Origin: Podarcis vaucheri
Taxonomy: Eukaryota
Strand: one strand, 5' to 3'
Assembly: GCA_965113315.1 (NCBI GenBank)
Contig: OZ220371.1
DNA: 64,000 nucleotides
Shown: positions 36,125 to 50,031 of the stretch, piece after piece
How positions within the stretch are numbered: the first letter of the stretch is position 1
Layout of the letters: each line of letters opens with the position of its first letter
Made by a program: the position numbers and the translations under genes
Notes under the pieces: generated by a model
The model's database searches: none
Seen by the model: only the letters and a program-made list of their open reading frames with translations
Told to the model about the DNA's origin: nothing

Positions 36125-38103
36125 TAACATCTTATTGCAGTAGTGGCTGGCAGTGGGGGTGCTGTTACTTCCCTGGCCTCTCAATACGGGTGTCGCTACC
36201 AGTAATCATGAGGTTCAGGGGCGAGGCAGGAGGGAGGTTCCTGCAGGTGCTGCAGTGGAGCCAATCAAATGCTTCCTTTGCTGGGTCTGCAGTGCAGGAA
36301 CCTCCCTGCTGATTTGCTCCTCTTAGCTACCAATAGTGAGTTGATTAGGAAACCACACCACTTTGCCATCTGCTACTATCTGCCCTAAATGCTCACATGA
36401 GAGCATTCATGGAAGCTCGCACAAACATACACACTGATATCTAGGTACAACACAGGAAAAATGTTTTTCATCAGTATTGACATGAAATCACCCATTTTTT
36501 GGAAATTGGTCAAAAATGAATTGAGCATACAGTTCAGTAGCAGAGATGTTACATGCCCTCACATAGACAACCTATTTTCATCACAGAGTTAAATTTGCTG
36601 TGTTCTGTGCAGTTTGAAAATTGCATAGCTGTGGGCACAAAACTCTTAAATTAATCTGCAGCCAAATGCTAGGCTTGTCTTTATCATCTCATTAATCCCA
36701 TGTAATCTGTTAGTTGAGAGTACAGTATAATCTAAATGGGGTGTTCATTTAGGGCTGTACACAGGCCCCTAATCCACCCTGTGACTGACATCTGTGGCCC
36801 GTGGATCAGGTTGATATGCCCTGTGCCACCTGGGAACCACCTTGGAGCTGTCCCCCAAATAAGTGGGGGATTTTGAGTATCATTTTTAATGGGTTTTAAA
36901 ACCATATTTTAATATTCAGTTAAACTGGGGCTTTAAAATGACCAGGGATGGGAGTGCACCATAACTGTGCAGAATAGGATCCTGTCTGGTGCTGCTTTGC
37001 AAGTGACTTTCCTGCAGGAAATCTTGCAGTGCAGCACCCACTGCCTATGGAATCAATGCCTCTGCTCAACAGCTGTGGCATCAATTCTGTGGGGCATCGA
37101 GGCAGGAAGGAGACTCATGGCACTGGGCCTACCTTCTCCCAGAAGACAGCTGCCAGCCAAGTAAGTCTTGGAGGTATTGCACAGTTTTCTGGCCCAGTTT
37201 ATCTGCCTCTGCTTCTGCCTGTTGTCCCATCCTCTGACAGCAACAAATTTGTCTGGACCAAGACAACCTGACTCAGAGCAATTCATGGCTATGTACTCGA
37301 CCTGTCTGAGTGCTCCAAAGAAGCCCCATTTGGCTTGGGCCTCATCTAAATCCAGGGCTCAGCCTAGGGTTCATCAGGCCGTCTATTCAAATGCTAATAC
37401 ATTTTCAGATTTTAGTGGATATGCCTGTGCTACGTCCCAAATTGAAACCAATGCATACCTTCAATAAATTGTTGCTGAGACAGCTAGGTATTCTACAATC
37501 CTGCTGCAATATTTCAATTTCCAGAATCCTTGCCAACTTGCCTTGTAGCACCTGGGTACTAAGTGCTCTATGTTGCTGTTTATTAATAAACTAACTAACT
37601 AACTTTAACCCCAACAGATTTTGGGGATTTAAGCTCTCCCTTAGTTTTAGATGTGTGGGAAAACAAGGCAAGAATTTGAAGAGCTATGTGCAAGCACAGA
37701 ATGTTTGTCAACTGGCCAGGGGGCGGGAGGGAAGCTTGCCTTGAGTGGCTGATTTTTCACTTTCAGCTTCTGCATTGAGCAGTAGGTCCCCTGACTGCCA
37801 GCATCAGATTTTGAGATGGAACACAAGGAGCTACAGTAGGAAGAAGGCAGAATGGATCTTTTGTTCACATGGAACTTTCTGCCGGTCCCTTTCATCCCAG
37901 CCTAGATCTGGCTTTTAAAAACATCTTTCAGTTAAGGTGGGGAGGGGTACTTGTGTCCTTACAGATGTTTGTTGGGCTCCAGTTCCTATTATCCCAGAAC
38001 TTTGCCTTTGCTGATGGGAATTGGAGTTCATTGACATCTTGCATGGCACCAGATTCCTTATCCATGCTGTTTAGTAACCTTCATTGTCTCTATGTTTCTC
38101 TAG

Positions 38104-38273
38104 ATGACGAAGAAGAACATAATCAGGTTAAAACAAAGCCAGAGGCTGATTGGGCCAGCAATAAAAAAACAAAATCTGGGCGACACGCTTACGTCCATAA
38201 GCCTTACCTCTACTCCAAGTATTATAGTGATTCTGATGATGAAGGGACTGTGGAGCAACGCCGCCAGTCTGTT
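38104..38273 (+). CDS. BOD1L1: BOD1L1 exon 6
   Basis: RHAYVHKPYLYSKYYSDSDDEGTVEQRRQSV; phase 1-0. Confidence 0.95.
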
Positions 38274-39109
38274 GTAAGTTTGGTTTATTTTATTTTTTAA
38301 AAAAATTATTTAGCAAAGAAATGAGAACAAGAAAACAATCGAAACTACAAACAATACATGTGTAGACATTTCAGGGATAAGAAACTGCTTCTCTCCTTTG
38401 TTCTGACCTATTTTGGAATGCTTGGAACACAAACTAGTATAGTTTGGACCAGTGTTGTGCCATTCTCAAGCCTCTTGCTTATTATCAATTAATGTGGCAG
38501 TCAGCTATTCCTAATGATAGCTCTTCTGACCTCCAGTCTTTTCAAGAAGTATTTCTGGAGACTTGGCCTTGGTGTGCTTATGTCCAGTAGTCTTAATGGA
38601 GGGAAAACTGAAGAATATTAATAAAGGTTTCATGTCTTGAGGAACTCTTAATTTCTTTATCAGATGAACTTCTGTTTGATACACAAAATTACTGCCAGCA
38701 TATTGATCCATTGGAGAGGGTTTTGTTTTGCATTTCAGAATAGATTGGTACTGTGTCCAGACTGAGTTAATTTGCTTGACTACAATTTCTGGGGGGAGGG
38801 GGTTTACTTTGCAGACAAGAAAGTACAATCGAAAGGGTTATTAGGTTTTTAAAAACATATTGTGGGTTTATTTCAATAAAACAAAAACAGTTATGGCCAG
38901 CATCTAGAGAAGCCTTTGCATGACAGGAATAGGGTTTTCAGGTTTTGCTTTCTTGCAGCAGTCCTTCATACCTCATTGAGTGCCACTGAAGCTACTCTGC
39001 TAGCCTTCAGGGAAGCTTTCTGGGGAGACATAGAGGCTGCTGCTGGAAGCAGGGTAGTGAAAACATGCTTTGGATCCCATCATATGAACTCCCATTTTCT
39101 TATCTTCAG

Positions 39110-39224
39110 GCTAGAGAAAAAGAAGAGAGACTGTTAAGGAGAAGGCTTAACAGAGAAAAACTTGAAGAAAAGCGGAAACAGAAAGCTGCAGAAAAAACGA
39201 AAACACTGAAAAGTGCAAATCAAG
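39110..39224 (+). CDS. BOD1L1: BOD1L1 exon 7
   Basis: AREKEERLLRRRLNREKLEEKRKQKAAEKTK; phase 0-1. Confidence 0.93.
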
Positions 39225-39402
39225 GTGCTGAGCTGTACTTCAGATGAACACTTCTTGTGCTGTTTTCTACTTGCGAGTTAGTTGCTTTTTTGCACAAGAG
39301 AGTGTATACTTAATTTAGTACTCGCCAAACAATTTATTTCGTTTTGCAGCCAAAATAACAATATCAGAAATTGCAGCTAGAGACTTTACTGTGTCGTTCT
39401 AG

Positions 39403-39547
39403 GTAAAAGCACTCAAAGCCTGGAAGAAACTCCTGCCAGAGGACTTGAATTGAAAGCCAGCGGTGCCAGCATCAAGGATGTGCTGAAAGAACAAAGGTTT
39501 TTAGAAAAGAAGGTAGCCCTCAGCAGGAAAAGAAAGAGAGAGTCAAG
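39403..39547 (+). CDS. BOD1L1: BOD1L1 exon 8
   Basis: IKDVLKEQRFLEKKVALSRKRKRES; phase 1-2. Confidence 0.92.
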
Positions 39548-40483
39548 GTACTGGCAGAGGAGATGAAATTAGTACGTTTTGCATACTACAAAGTGCAAAT
39601 CCTTTGAAAGTAGCATAGATACAGTTTGAAATAGTTTGAACCCCCTCTAAGGTTCACAAACCTCTGGGCTGCTGTTCACAGTTCACCCATCCAAGATAAG
39701 GTTAGTAGCAGGCGGCGAGCACCTTGCAGGAAAGTTCATCCCAGAGAGCTTCAGTTAATGACGTCTAACTATTTTTGAAGGACAACTGAGATGTCAGGCT
39801 TCATTCTGTTTTAGCCCTTTTCTAGCATTAATGAAAGTATGGGAAGCCATCCTTTCAGCAAACCCACTAGTGTGAGGAGAGTTCCTCCATGCCGCCTTGG
39901 TGCATCTCTCGCCCTCCAGGAGTCTCCGCAGGGTTCTCAGGGTCTTTCCATTTAAGGCTCTAATTTGCTTTTTTTTTCCATTGTAGCAGTCCCCAGTGCA
40001 AATAGGAGCTTTATCTTTTTTAAAAAAACAAAACCTAGTTGTGTATATTTCAAAAATAGAGCATTCTTTTTCTCCAGACCTATCTTTTATCCCTAATATT
40101 CAGCCATACATTAACTTCAAGAATTGGTCTCCCCTTTATCCAAGTCAATCTTGCTCTTGTGTGTTGTGCACTTGAGTTCTCTTTGGATCATACTAAGCCC
40201 TTGTGAAAGCCCTCATTATTACCTTTAAATACTCTTCTAGGTGAGCGGAAGATTCCAGGAGCAATATCTTCCTTAGAGCATATTACTCTCATTTAGTCCA
40301 CCAGCAGTGCTGAAATTCTAAAGTATATCCTGGTGGACACTATTAGAGTATCTGCTGCGTCTGCAGCTTTGGGGACACAGCTCCACATGAAGAAATTTGT
40401 AGAGCTGCTACAGGGACTTGTGTCCATACTTGCACTAGGCATTACAGCCTCCCCCAGCCTGGTGTCCTCTGGATGTTTTAGGC

Positions 40484-41092
40484 CAGTGGTTCCCAACCTT
40501 TTTTGGCCATGCCCCACCTAAGCATCTCTAAAATCCTGATGTCCTCCCCCCCCCCGTGACATATACCATATTTTTTGCTCTATAGGACGCACCAGACAAT
40601 AAGATGCACCTAGTTTGGGGGGAGGAAACAAGAAGAAGAAAATTCTGAACCCCAGAAGCCAGAACAACAAGAGGGATCTGGCTTCTGGGATAGCCTCTTG
40701 CTGTTCTGGCTTTGGAGACAGCCTGTGAAGCCTCCGCAGGGCAGCGGGGTGCCTTCACCCTGCTGTCCTGCATAGGCTTTGTGCAGCTAACCGCAAGCTA
40801 GAACAGGGAGACGGAGCGCTGCACAGCGCTCCGTCTCCCTGTTCTGGCTTGGGGCTTAGCTGCACAGCTTGCATTCGCTCCATAAGATGCACACACATTT
40901 TCCCTTTTTAGAAGGGAAAAAGTGTGTCTTATAGAGCGAAAAATACGGTAATTCTTATTAGTCAAAAAGTGAACTCCTGTTCACATGGAGGAAGCCTAAA
41001 AGGCCATTAACTTGGTCTAAGCAAGCTTCCAAATTGCTTCCCTTAAAAATCAAATTGCCCCCCTGTGGGGCACCCCACATTGGGAACCACGG
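40484..41092. mobile_element. hAT-type MITE containing a Tc2/mariner-type MITE (40566-40948), itself inside a hairpin MITE (~40445-41162)
   Basis: CAGTGGTTCCCAA termini with 8-bp TSD TTTTAGGC/TTTGAGGC; inner CC(G/A)TATTTTT..CTCTATA TIR with TA TSD. Confidence 0.8.
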
Positions 41093-41182
41093 TTTGAGGC
41101 CCATAAACCATGACCGTTGGCTGCACTATAGGTGAAGATGGGAGTTGTAGCCCAAGACATCTCTTTTTTATTATTCTTTCAG

Positions 41183-41258
41183 GCATGAAGAAGAAGGGAA
41201 GAAGAAAAAATCTGAACAGCTTGAGAAGGATCCTGGAGAACCTCAGAAGATTCCTGAA
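41183..41258 (+). CDS. BOD1L1: BOD1L1 exon 9
   Basis: TTTCAG|G; HEEEGKKKKSEQ; GAA|GTAAGT, phase 2-0. Confidence 0.9.
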
Positions 41259-41604
41259 GTAAGTCCCTCATTTAAACTTTGGCTCTTGTTCTGTAAGACT
41301 GTAAGCTTGAGCTGTACCTTTAAAATTCAAAGATATAACTAGTATTGTCTGCACTGCAGTACTGTTTTATAGGTTTTAAGCCATTAGTATAATGAAGAAA
41401 ATCTTAACTACTAAGATTTAAGTTAGATTACTATTAACCTTTTAAAAATGATTTAATACACAAAATTACATGTTGCACAATGCAGCTAATTCTTCCAATT
41501 AAATTCAAGGATTTCAGTTCAGACAATGAGCATGGGCTTTGACGTAATTCAGGTGAAAATAGCCTTTTGCACAAAGAAATCATACTTACATTTTTATATT
41601 GTAG

Positions 41605-44600
41605 GGTGTTGAAAAGCCCTCCCCAAAAGAAGTGAAGGCCAGTCAAGGCAAAAATGAAGCAAGTAAACTTGTGAGAAGACTTTCAGAGACGGTGCATTCA
41701 GCTGATGAAAACAGAAATGATTCCAAGGTAGAAAAAGAACACAAAAGAAGACCATCTACTTCTCTCCAGGTGGAAGGAATGCAGCAAGATACTGAGCCCC
41801 GGGATCCCAAATCTCAGATTGACAGAGCAGAGACCAGCTCAGAAGAACCTCAGAAGCAGAAAAGCATACTTAAAAATGAAAAGCATGTTAAAAAGGATGA
41901 TTCAGAAATCCAAAGTTTTAGAGGTGCACCCAGGAAAGAGGCTAGATCATCAAAAGATAAAAATGAAAAAGAGAAAAGTATTTCTGAAGATAAATTATTA
42001 ATTAAGCATAAATGTAAAGGAGATGTGTTTCATAAAACAGGTGATGAGGCTGAAAATTTGCCATCTGAGAAAGGGCTGAAAAGCGAGGAGAATCTTCAGA
42101 AGCATAGCCAGCTAACAAAATCTTTCTCAGATGACAAAGCTGAACGGAAGAATAAGCACAGAAGTGAAAGGAAAACATCAGCAAACAGCAAAGATCTGAA
42201 AAGTGTTTCTGAACATGCTTTAAAAAATGAAGAAAGTTCACGTAAAGAAAACAGAAAAGACAGACAGGGTTCTATAGATAAATCCAGAGCAGACCACAAG
42301 TCTAAAAGACTGTCAAGTGATTTAAGGCCACAGAAAGAGTCTCAGGGTACATCAAAGCAACATAGTTTTGTAACATCAAGGAAAGGGGAAGGTTATTCAG
42401 AAGACAAACATGATGCAGAATCGACAAACTCTGATAACACTTTAAAGCAAGGTGATAGTATACACAAAGACAGGCGAAAATCAAAGAATGCTTTGGAAGA
42501 GAAGTTACTGTTAAAGTCCAGGTCCAAGAGTCACAGCAAGCAAGGCAAAACACCTGAACCTGAACTACAAGAAAGTTCCTCCAAGCAGGAATCAGGACAG
42601 AAATCCGGGCCTAATTCAGAAGAGAGTGATCCAGATAAGCAGTGTAAATCCAAAACTGAAATTAAAGGTTTTGAAGAAAATTCTGTAGAATTGGACCCTG
42701 ACAGTGGAGCACATTCAGTTAGTAGTTCTCAAAAAGACTTCAGTCATCGAGTTAAGTCACAGTCAATAGAAAAATCATCTGCAAAAGAGAGAAATAAAAG
42801 TGATAAAGATTTGAGTAGTTCAAGACTGGAAAGGAAAATGTCAGCTGAAGGTCACAAGAGCAGAAGTTTGAAGCATAATAGTAAGGACATGAAAAAGAGA
42901 GAAGATGACAACAAACCAGATGACAAAGCTGTTAAACAAGTAGAGACTCATTCAAAGTTGCAAGAAAATCTGCTCACAGATAAAAGAACAACTAAAAAAT
43001 CAGCTAGTGAAAGCAGAAAGGGAAGTTTTTCATTCCAAGAAATAGATAAAGGAGAAGAAAAATCATCAGCAGAAATGTCAGTCTGGACTAGTGGGCACAT
43101 GTTACATTCTGAAGAATGCCAAGAGCCAATGGACATACAGTCAGAACAAAGGGACAGTAATGCACAGCATCAAATAACTCAACCTAAAGAAGAAATCAGT
43201 AATAATTCACAACAAGAAACTAAATTTAAAAACAATGCCAAAGACCAAATACATCATAATTCATTGCATGAGTTGAATAAAACTTTGCCTACAAAGGAAA
43301 TCTCAAAATCTTCCCCTTCCGGTTTCAGTAACCCCAAACAAAAGTTTGAAAAGACTCCTATGAAGGAAATGGATGTGCCAAGTGATGCCTTTAAAAGTGA
43401 CGAAAGCAGTTCTCCAACCAAGCAGCTATCAAATGAAGGTGTTGTCCATCAAAAATCCATGGATATGACTGTTGCAGAAGTCAAAAACCCTTTGTGTGAT
43501 GTATCTATGGAGGAATCTTTTAATTTGGATAGGCCAGCTAATAAAGATACCATTTCAGACAATGAAGCACATACTGCTAAAACGGAACAGCATGGTAGCA
43601 TTGTATTCGATGGTAACATAAAAGAGAGTGATATCACTGACATGGAAATTTCTAACGCAGGTGGCAAAGGGCACCTAAGTTGTAAAGAAGTGACTGAAGA
43701 GAAAACGAGTGGTTTTATATGCATTCAAGAAGGTACTATGCAAAAGATTACTGGAATTGCTTTAACTGGCAGTATAAAGAGTGAACAAATGACCAGCCCA
43801 ACTATAGTATTTACAGAGGTATGTGCAAACAAAGGCAAAACAAATGAAAACCATACTGTCAGTGGTGTAATAGAATTGTCTTCAGGGTCAGTGCCCGAGA
43901 ACACTCCAGAAGAAATTGGTGAAATGTCCATGATGGCTAGTAAACGAGGAGGTGATTTAAGAAGAGTCACTGAAGATAAAAATGAAAACAATGTAGTAGG
44001 CAGCAGCAGTTGTGTTAGCATCAGCAACAGCATGGAGACTGAGGTGACTGTTATCGGGACCAGCACAGAGAGAACTGCTGGGAGTGCTGTAACAGCTACT
44101 AGCACTGGAGGAAGCCAAAGTGAAGAAGGTACATCAATCCATTTGCAAAGAGAAGGCGATGCCACTATTACTTGCTCAGAAGAAAAAAGTGAGACTGCTT
44201 TGAGCTGTACAAGTATAGAAGCAGATGAAGGTTTCACTGTGGGATGTTGGACCCCAAATAAGGAAGGTGCTCATTCCATGTCAGAATGTCCTGTCACAGC
44301 GACTGAAGAAAGTGGTGTTGGCACTGAAGGACTTAGCGTGTGTGAAAGCTCCTCAACCAAGGAGGAAGAAAGTGGAGAATGCATTGTGAATTATGCAGAA
44401 GAGCATTCTAAACCATTAATCAATGAAACCAGGGTAGAACTTGAACAGACTGTGAATAGTGTTGAAGCAGAAGAGAAAGATGATGCGGTAACCAGTGCAG
44501 GTTCTGAAGAAAGGTGTGTGGCTTCCGTCTGTAGCGGTACAAGCAACTTTGACAGTGCTACTACCTTCCTCAGTGAAGTAGAAAGTGATGGTGCTGTTAC

Positions 44601-47191
44601 CAGTGCGGGTACTGAAGCCAAGGATAGACCTGTGACAAGTGAAAATCCAGATGAATTTCGGAGTAATGCAGCTGGAAGTGAGCATGCTAAAGCTGCTGAG
44701 GGTGCTGTGACTTGTACGGCTGCCGAAAGAGGAAGTCCTGGCTCTGCCATCTGTTCAGTGACTGGTACTGACTCGCAAGATGAGCGAGCTGTGACTGGCG
44801 TGTGTGCTCAGACGGCAAACAATGTGGCAACTGGGCCGCATGCTGACAAGAGTGAAGACATTGTGAATGGTGAGAGTGCCGTCACCAGCACAGGCATAAC
44901 AGCAGAAGATGGTCCTGAAGCTGCAGCTGCGTGCACTGGTTTGGAGGACAGCAATGAAGGTTTTGCAGCAGCTTCAGATACACAAGAAAAATACGAGTTT
45001 GCCACAGACAGTACAGCAGCTAGAGCTGAAACGAACATCATTGATGTCAGTCAAGGTTCCTATGATGATGAAGGTTGTGTGACTAGCACTGGTGCAAAAG
45101 AAGATGACGAAGAAGGTGAAAATTTTGTTACTAGTACAGGGAGAGGGAACGAAGAAGCGGAACAGACTTTGACCTGTACAGGAACAGAAGAAAGTGAAAG
45201 GGTGCTGATTTGTGTTGGAGCCAAAGAAGGTGGAAGTTCCTCCATCTGCCTTGCTGCAAGCCAGCTTAGAACTGACTTGGGTGAGCTGACCTCAGATGTC
45301 GATAAAGGTGCTGTTGACAGCATGACAGGCTTAGAGAAAGACTTGAAAATTGATGATATCCACAACAGTACAAAGGGAGTGGTTGAAAGTAGCACCACTA
45401 GTGTTGGTGTGGCCAGTGAAAATGTTATGGCATTTGGTGCAAAGAAAGAGTCTCAATTTACTGAGAATTATGAATGTGACGTGATTAGTGCAACCTCGAA
45501 GCAAGGTGTGGATCAAGAGTCTGCTGTGGAAGAGAAGAATGAGGATGCCACATCTTTCATAGATATCAGGAAATCTGAAGGCCCGTATAGGATAGGCTCA
45601 AAGAAAGTAGCTGTTCTCTCAGCATCTGCTAATGAAGATGAGAGAAGTGAAGGTGAGACCATCTCTACAAGTGTGGTCAAAGTGTGCCCTACCTCTGCTC
45701 AGTCTTCTGCTAAGCATGTTGATCAAACACCACTTGTTGCAAAAACAGTTGAAAACCTTGAGAAAACCCCAAACCTCATCAGTACAGAAGATTTCAACAC
45801 CCCTATGCCTAGCACAGCTGTTGAGTATATGAATCAGGATGGAACTGCTGGGAAACAAAATAACGTTTCTACAAGTATCTTGGAAGAATTTGAAGCCCCT
45901 ATGCCAAGTGCAACAATAGAAGATGGCAAAAGTGCATTTCTTACTATACAAGCTGCAGAAAAGACCACTACTGTGGAAATGGACGCTATTCCCATGCCCA
46001 GTATGTCAACTAGAAGTGTTGATGAAGGTAATACAGTTCATAGCAAAGAGGAAAGGGATGAATGCACTGTGATTTCCACAAGCATAGTTGAAGAGTTAGA
46101 GACTTCCATTTCCCAGGAAAGAACTGAAGATGCAGATGAACATTTCCCCTTAAGATTGGAACAAACGGCAGACACAGCTATGATCTCGACAAGCTCAGTG
46201 GAACAGTTTGAGACTTCTGTGTCTCCTGTTGAGACACAAGAGATTGATCAGGTCTGTAGAACCCAAGGAAGGTTTGAGACTTCCACTATCTCTACTACAG
46301 AAGGATGTGACAAAACCATCCATGGTGCATTTGTGCCAGTAGAAGCTAAAGCAAGAACTACGGGTGCTGGAGTTTCCACAGATGGAGCAGAACATGTTCA
46401 GGAAGCCACAAGCCAAGAGATTGAATTTGTGGTTCAAAACACTGAAAACAACAACCAGAGTGCTGTAATTTTGGTTCAGAAGGGAGGAGAGTATGATGCT
46501 CTTGGACTTAGTGTTGCCACTGCTAAACCTGACAAAGAGTTGGTTGCCTTGAGTGCAGACATGCCGGAGGATAGTATAGCAGCCGGAATAGTGGAAGAAT
46601 GTGACAGTGTCTCTACTGTTGCGCTCTCAGAGAAAACTCTACTTGAATTTTCAAGCAAAGAAGTTGAAGATGAAGATGTGCTTCAAAAAGAAAGCCAAAG
46701 ATTCCATCAGGGGGAACCTGAGGGTGCTGTGGAAGAATTAACCACAGGTGACACCACAAGCACAGAAATGCCTGAAAATACAGTGCAATCTGATAGCATA
46801 GGAGAAAGCCTTGGCACAGAAATTTTGAACCCTTCTGTCAGTGATGGAACATCCACCGAAGACAGCGTGCATGAATGCAGAACCCAAGAGAGTGGGCAAC
46901 ATACCGAAGTTCCATCTGGTATGCCACTGGAACAGAAAAGTGGGGATGTAAATTTATCAATAGGCGATATTAGTCACAAGCCAGTATTAGAAACTGACCT
47001 TGGTGAAACAATGGATCTCCCCAACAGGAAATGCTCGACTTCATTACTTGTCGAATTGGGGGGAAATTCCAAGGACAGAGCACTTGGAGGAGGAGCAGTT
47101 CAGGGTAGTCACTTGGCTGACATAGATGCTAAATCGGATGGCCAGAATGAAGAGGAAGCGTTTTCTCAAGGGAGTGTAGCACATCAGTCTG
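41605..47191 (+). CDS. BOD1L1: BOD1L1 giant exon 10 (5587 nt; basic then acidic low-complexity region)
   Basis: TGTAG|GGT, open frame (ORF 41632..47277), EKDDAVTSAGSEE, GCVTSTGAKEDDEEGE; G|GTAAG. Confidence 0.95.
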
Positions 47192-47778
47192 GTAAGATCC
47201 TTATGAACTGCAGTATTTTGAGACTTCGGAATTTAATGATTGGGGTGTGTGGGAAGTTAGACTTAGGAGCCAGCTAGCATAAATAAGCAAACTGCCTGCA
47301 GTTGATCAAGTATACAAAGAAATAATATAGTAAACAAAGTTGAGATTTTCCTATTTAATATAATTAAGAACAGGATTAGGGTCAACTTTAGAATTTAAGG
47401 ATAGCAGCTAGACTATCGGCTAGCACGAAACCTTCATATTTTATTGTTATTCAGCAAAATTTATATACCACTCTAAGCAGTTTTATTTACAACATTTCTA
47501 TGAAACCCCTGAAATCAAATTTCCAAGAAAGGTGGCAACGATGAATAAAATTCAGTAAATCGTGGTGCTAAAACCACAGCAGAGAGAATATGCACCTGAG
47601 GTTAAAATTCTTGGGGAACGAAAGGTCTGTCTGCCTGCTGCCTGAAATATACTGGTTTAGGTATCCGGCAGGTAAGTTCTATGTGGCATTACCCATTGAA
47701 ATGAATGAACATAACTAAGTCAGGTATAATAACTTCAATGGGTAATTTAAACCGAGTAAAATGTACTTGAATACCACC

Positions 47779-47878
47779 TACAGATGGTATCTGAAGAAGT
47801 GTGCATGCACACGAAAGCTTATACCAAGAACTAACTTAGTTGGTCTTTAAGGTGCTACAGGAAGGAATTTTTTTTATT
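47779..47878. mobile_element. Penelope-like fragment
   Basis: CTGAAGAAGTGTGCATGCACACGAAAGC; 12-bp TSD TTGAATACCACC. Confidence 0.7.
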
Positions 47879-48709
47879 TTGAATACCACCCACACTCTTT
47901 AGCTGCCACATCTGACTTCAGATAGTGGGGCACTTTGAAGCAGTAACTTGCAGTATAAAGTATGAAGTAGTGCAAAGAATCAAAGCCTTTATAAAACTGA
48001 AAATTGTCTTACAATCCTATACCTTTGAAATCATGGTGTGTAAATGTTATATTCTTTCGTCACTAGGGTTGTGCTGGATTTGGCAATATCTGGAAGAGTT
48101 AGGAATTTCTAGAACTGTTCTGTTTTGTGGAACAGACAATAAAGTTCACGTTTAACTTTCTAACTGGGATATCCTCTGAAGCTGAGCCATGGAAGGCTTA
48201 GTTATTTTAAACCCACCAGTTCCTAATGAAACACAGAGAAAGGAACAGTTACCTGCACCAGAAGCTTCTATCTTTAATAATCTTGTAGCATAGCCTTGAA
48301 TGGAGAGAGAGATTAGCTTGCTTTTGCCTAGATATAAAATGCCACAGAGAATAAGGAATCATGCAAGTAAGTTTAATTGTAAAATCTTTACTGAAGAGAG
48401 CCAAAGGCACAACAGGGACACTATGCCCATTTCATCCCCCAAGAGGAATGTAGTTTGAGGGCGCCTGCTTCTGTCAAAGAGCCCAAAGCATAGAGACACT
48501 GTTGATTCATATGCTAGGGCCTTGTAAGAACATGCTGAATACTGAGCTTGCTGTTAAAATAATATATTAATAGAGTGGTGCTTGGGGTTCTAGACAAAGG
48601 ACTCTATGAAGGAATGCAGTTAATAGATGACATCAAATATTGCAAGACAGCAATAACATTGCAAGGAGTATAATCAAATGAATATAAACATTTAAATTGC
48701 TTTTGTTAG

Positions 48710-48777
48710 ACAGCAAAGAAATTCACCCAGTTGTGGCTGAAGAGCTGGAACAAAGGACCAGGATGACAGCTATTGAG
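48710..48777 (+). CDS. BOD1L1: BOD1L1 exon 11
   Basis: AG/GT, open frame, phase 1-0 fits neighbours. Confidence 0.75.
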
Positions 48778-50031
48778 GTATTATGGTGTTTTAAAAGATT
48801 TTATTCCTTATACCTTTGATTTAGTTTCTGGACTTAACTAGGGAGAAAAGTTAATTTATTTGAATTCTTTTCCCCCATCCCAATAAATTTATATTGAAAC
48901 TTTTTCATCCTACAGTACAATATAAAACAAGCTAACTAAAAATAAAAAAGGAAAGGGAAAGCAAAGTAAATACAAAGCCATCTTTCAGAGGTAGATCTTA
49001 ATCAAATGTTACACAGAAAGCGCTGGACTCTCCCAGCTCTCACCCAGGAGCTTCCCTTTCTTCTCCCACTCTGGGAGATCTTCCCTTTCCAGCCTTTCAC
49101 GCAGGGTCATTCACCAGCCAGCCATCTCCATCATGTGCGTACAGTCTCCTCAGTGATCCAGAGTAGAAACCACTCAAAAAAAGAAACAAGAAGAAAAAGA
49201 AGCAGGATTTTTTTAAAAAGTTTTTCACTCTAAATTCACTCCAAATTGTACACAGAATCCTTTCTCTCCCAGCTCTGTCTCTGCCAGCTCAGAATATTCC
49301 GTAATCTCTCCATCCATGGTTCCATTCCACTTCTCCAACATCATAATTCCACTGCAAGACTATTTTACCTCTCCAGGCACCTGTCCTCTCCATTCCATCA
49401 TCTACTGCCTCCAGCCTTATCATTCCACTCTCTTCTTCTGGCAGGCCTTGTTCTGGCAATCAATATTTTTCTCCAAAGCTTCTGTGTCTTTAACCTCATC
49501 TTTCTCTTGACCATTTTCATTCACCACCTTATCCATCTCAGTTCAGATCTATTTTAGTTGCTCATCCAGTAATTGCTGTATGATGCCAACAGTCAATGGG
49601 GTGTCCAACAGTGTTTTTGCCATATTGAGTGTTCTTGGTCTTATTGACAACTCACTCTCCACTTTAAGGTTTATAGTCTCTACCTTAAAAGCTTGAGTCT
49701 CCTGTCTTCTTATCTCCAGACCTTATTCTTTTCCCACAGTTTCACTTTGCAGCCAGCACTTTCATCAAAGGGATGGAAGGTTGAAAATAGCTTTCTAACT
49801 TTTAGAACACCCCTTAGCCGTTTATGTTGATACTGCATGTCAAATTTCAGACGCTCAAAGGAACTTTTCTGGATTTTATTACCAGAATATTCAGGTTTTC
49901 CATACAGACATTTCCATGCCTGTGAAATAATGATTATCCACTTTTAGTGTAAGTACTGGATAATTTAACAAACTGAGCATGCCCTAACTGCTAATTTTTG
50001 GAGTCCTGAAAGATTTTCCTTCACTTCATAG

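Noticed and set aside
42002-46658. Many short minus-strand ORFs in exon 10, and the 1881-aa ORF as a stand-alone gene
   Set aside because: They are antisense shadows; the long ORF is an internal exon with splice sites at 41605 and 47191.
48220-48290. Exon-like purine-rich stretch after exon 10
   Set aside because: No convincing donor, and phases already close between exons 10 and 11.
48850-49950. Probable old antisense L1 remnants (also ~57830-58300 and ~9290-9410)
   Set aside because: Suggested by composition only; boundaries and frames are too degraded to support a feature call.
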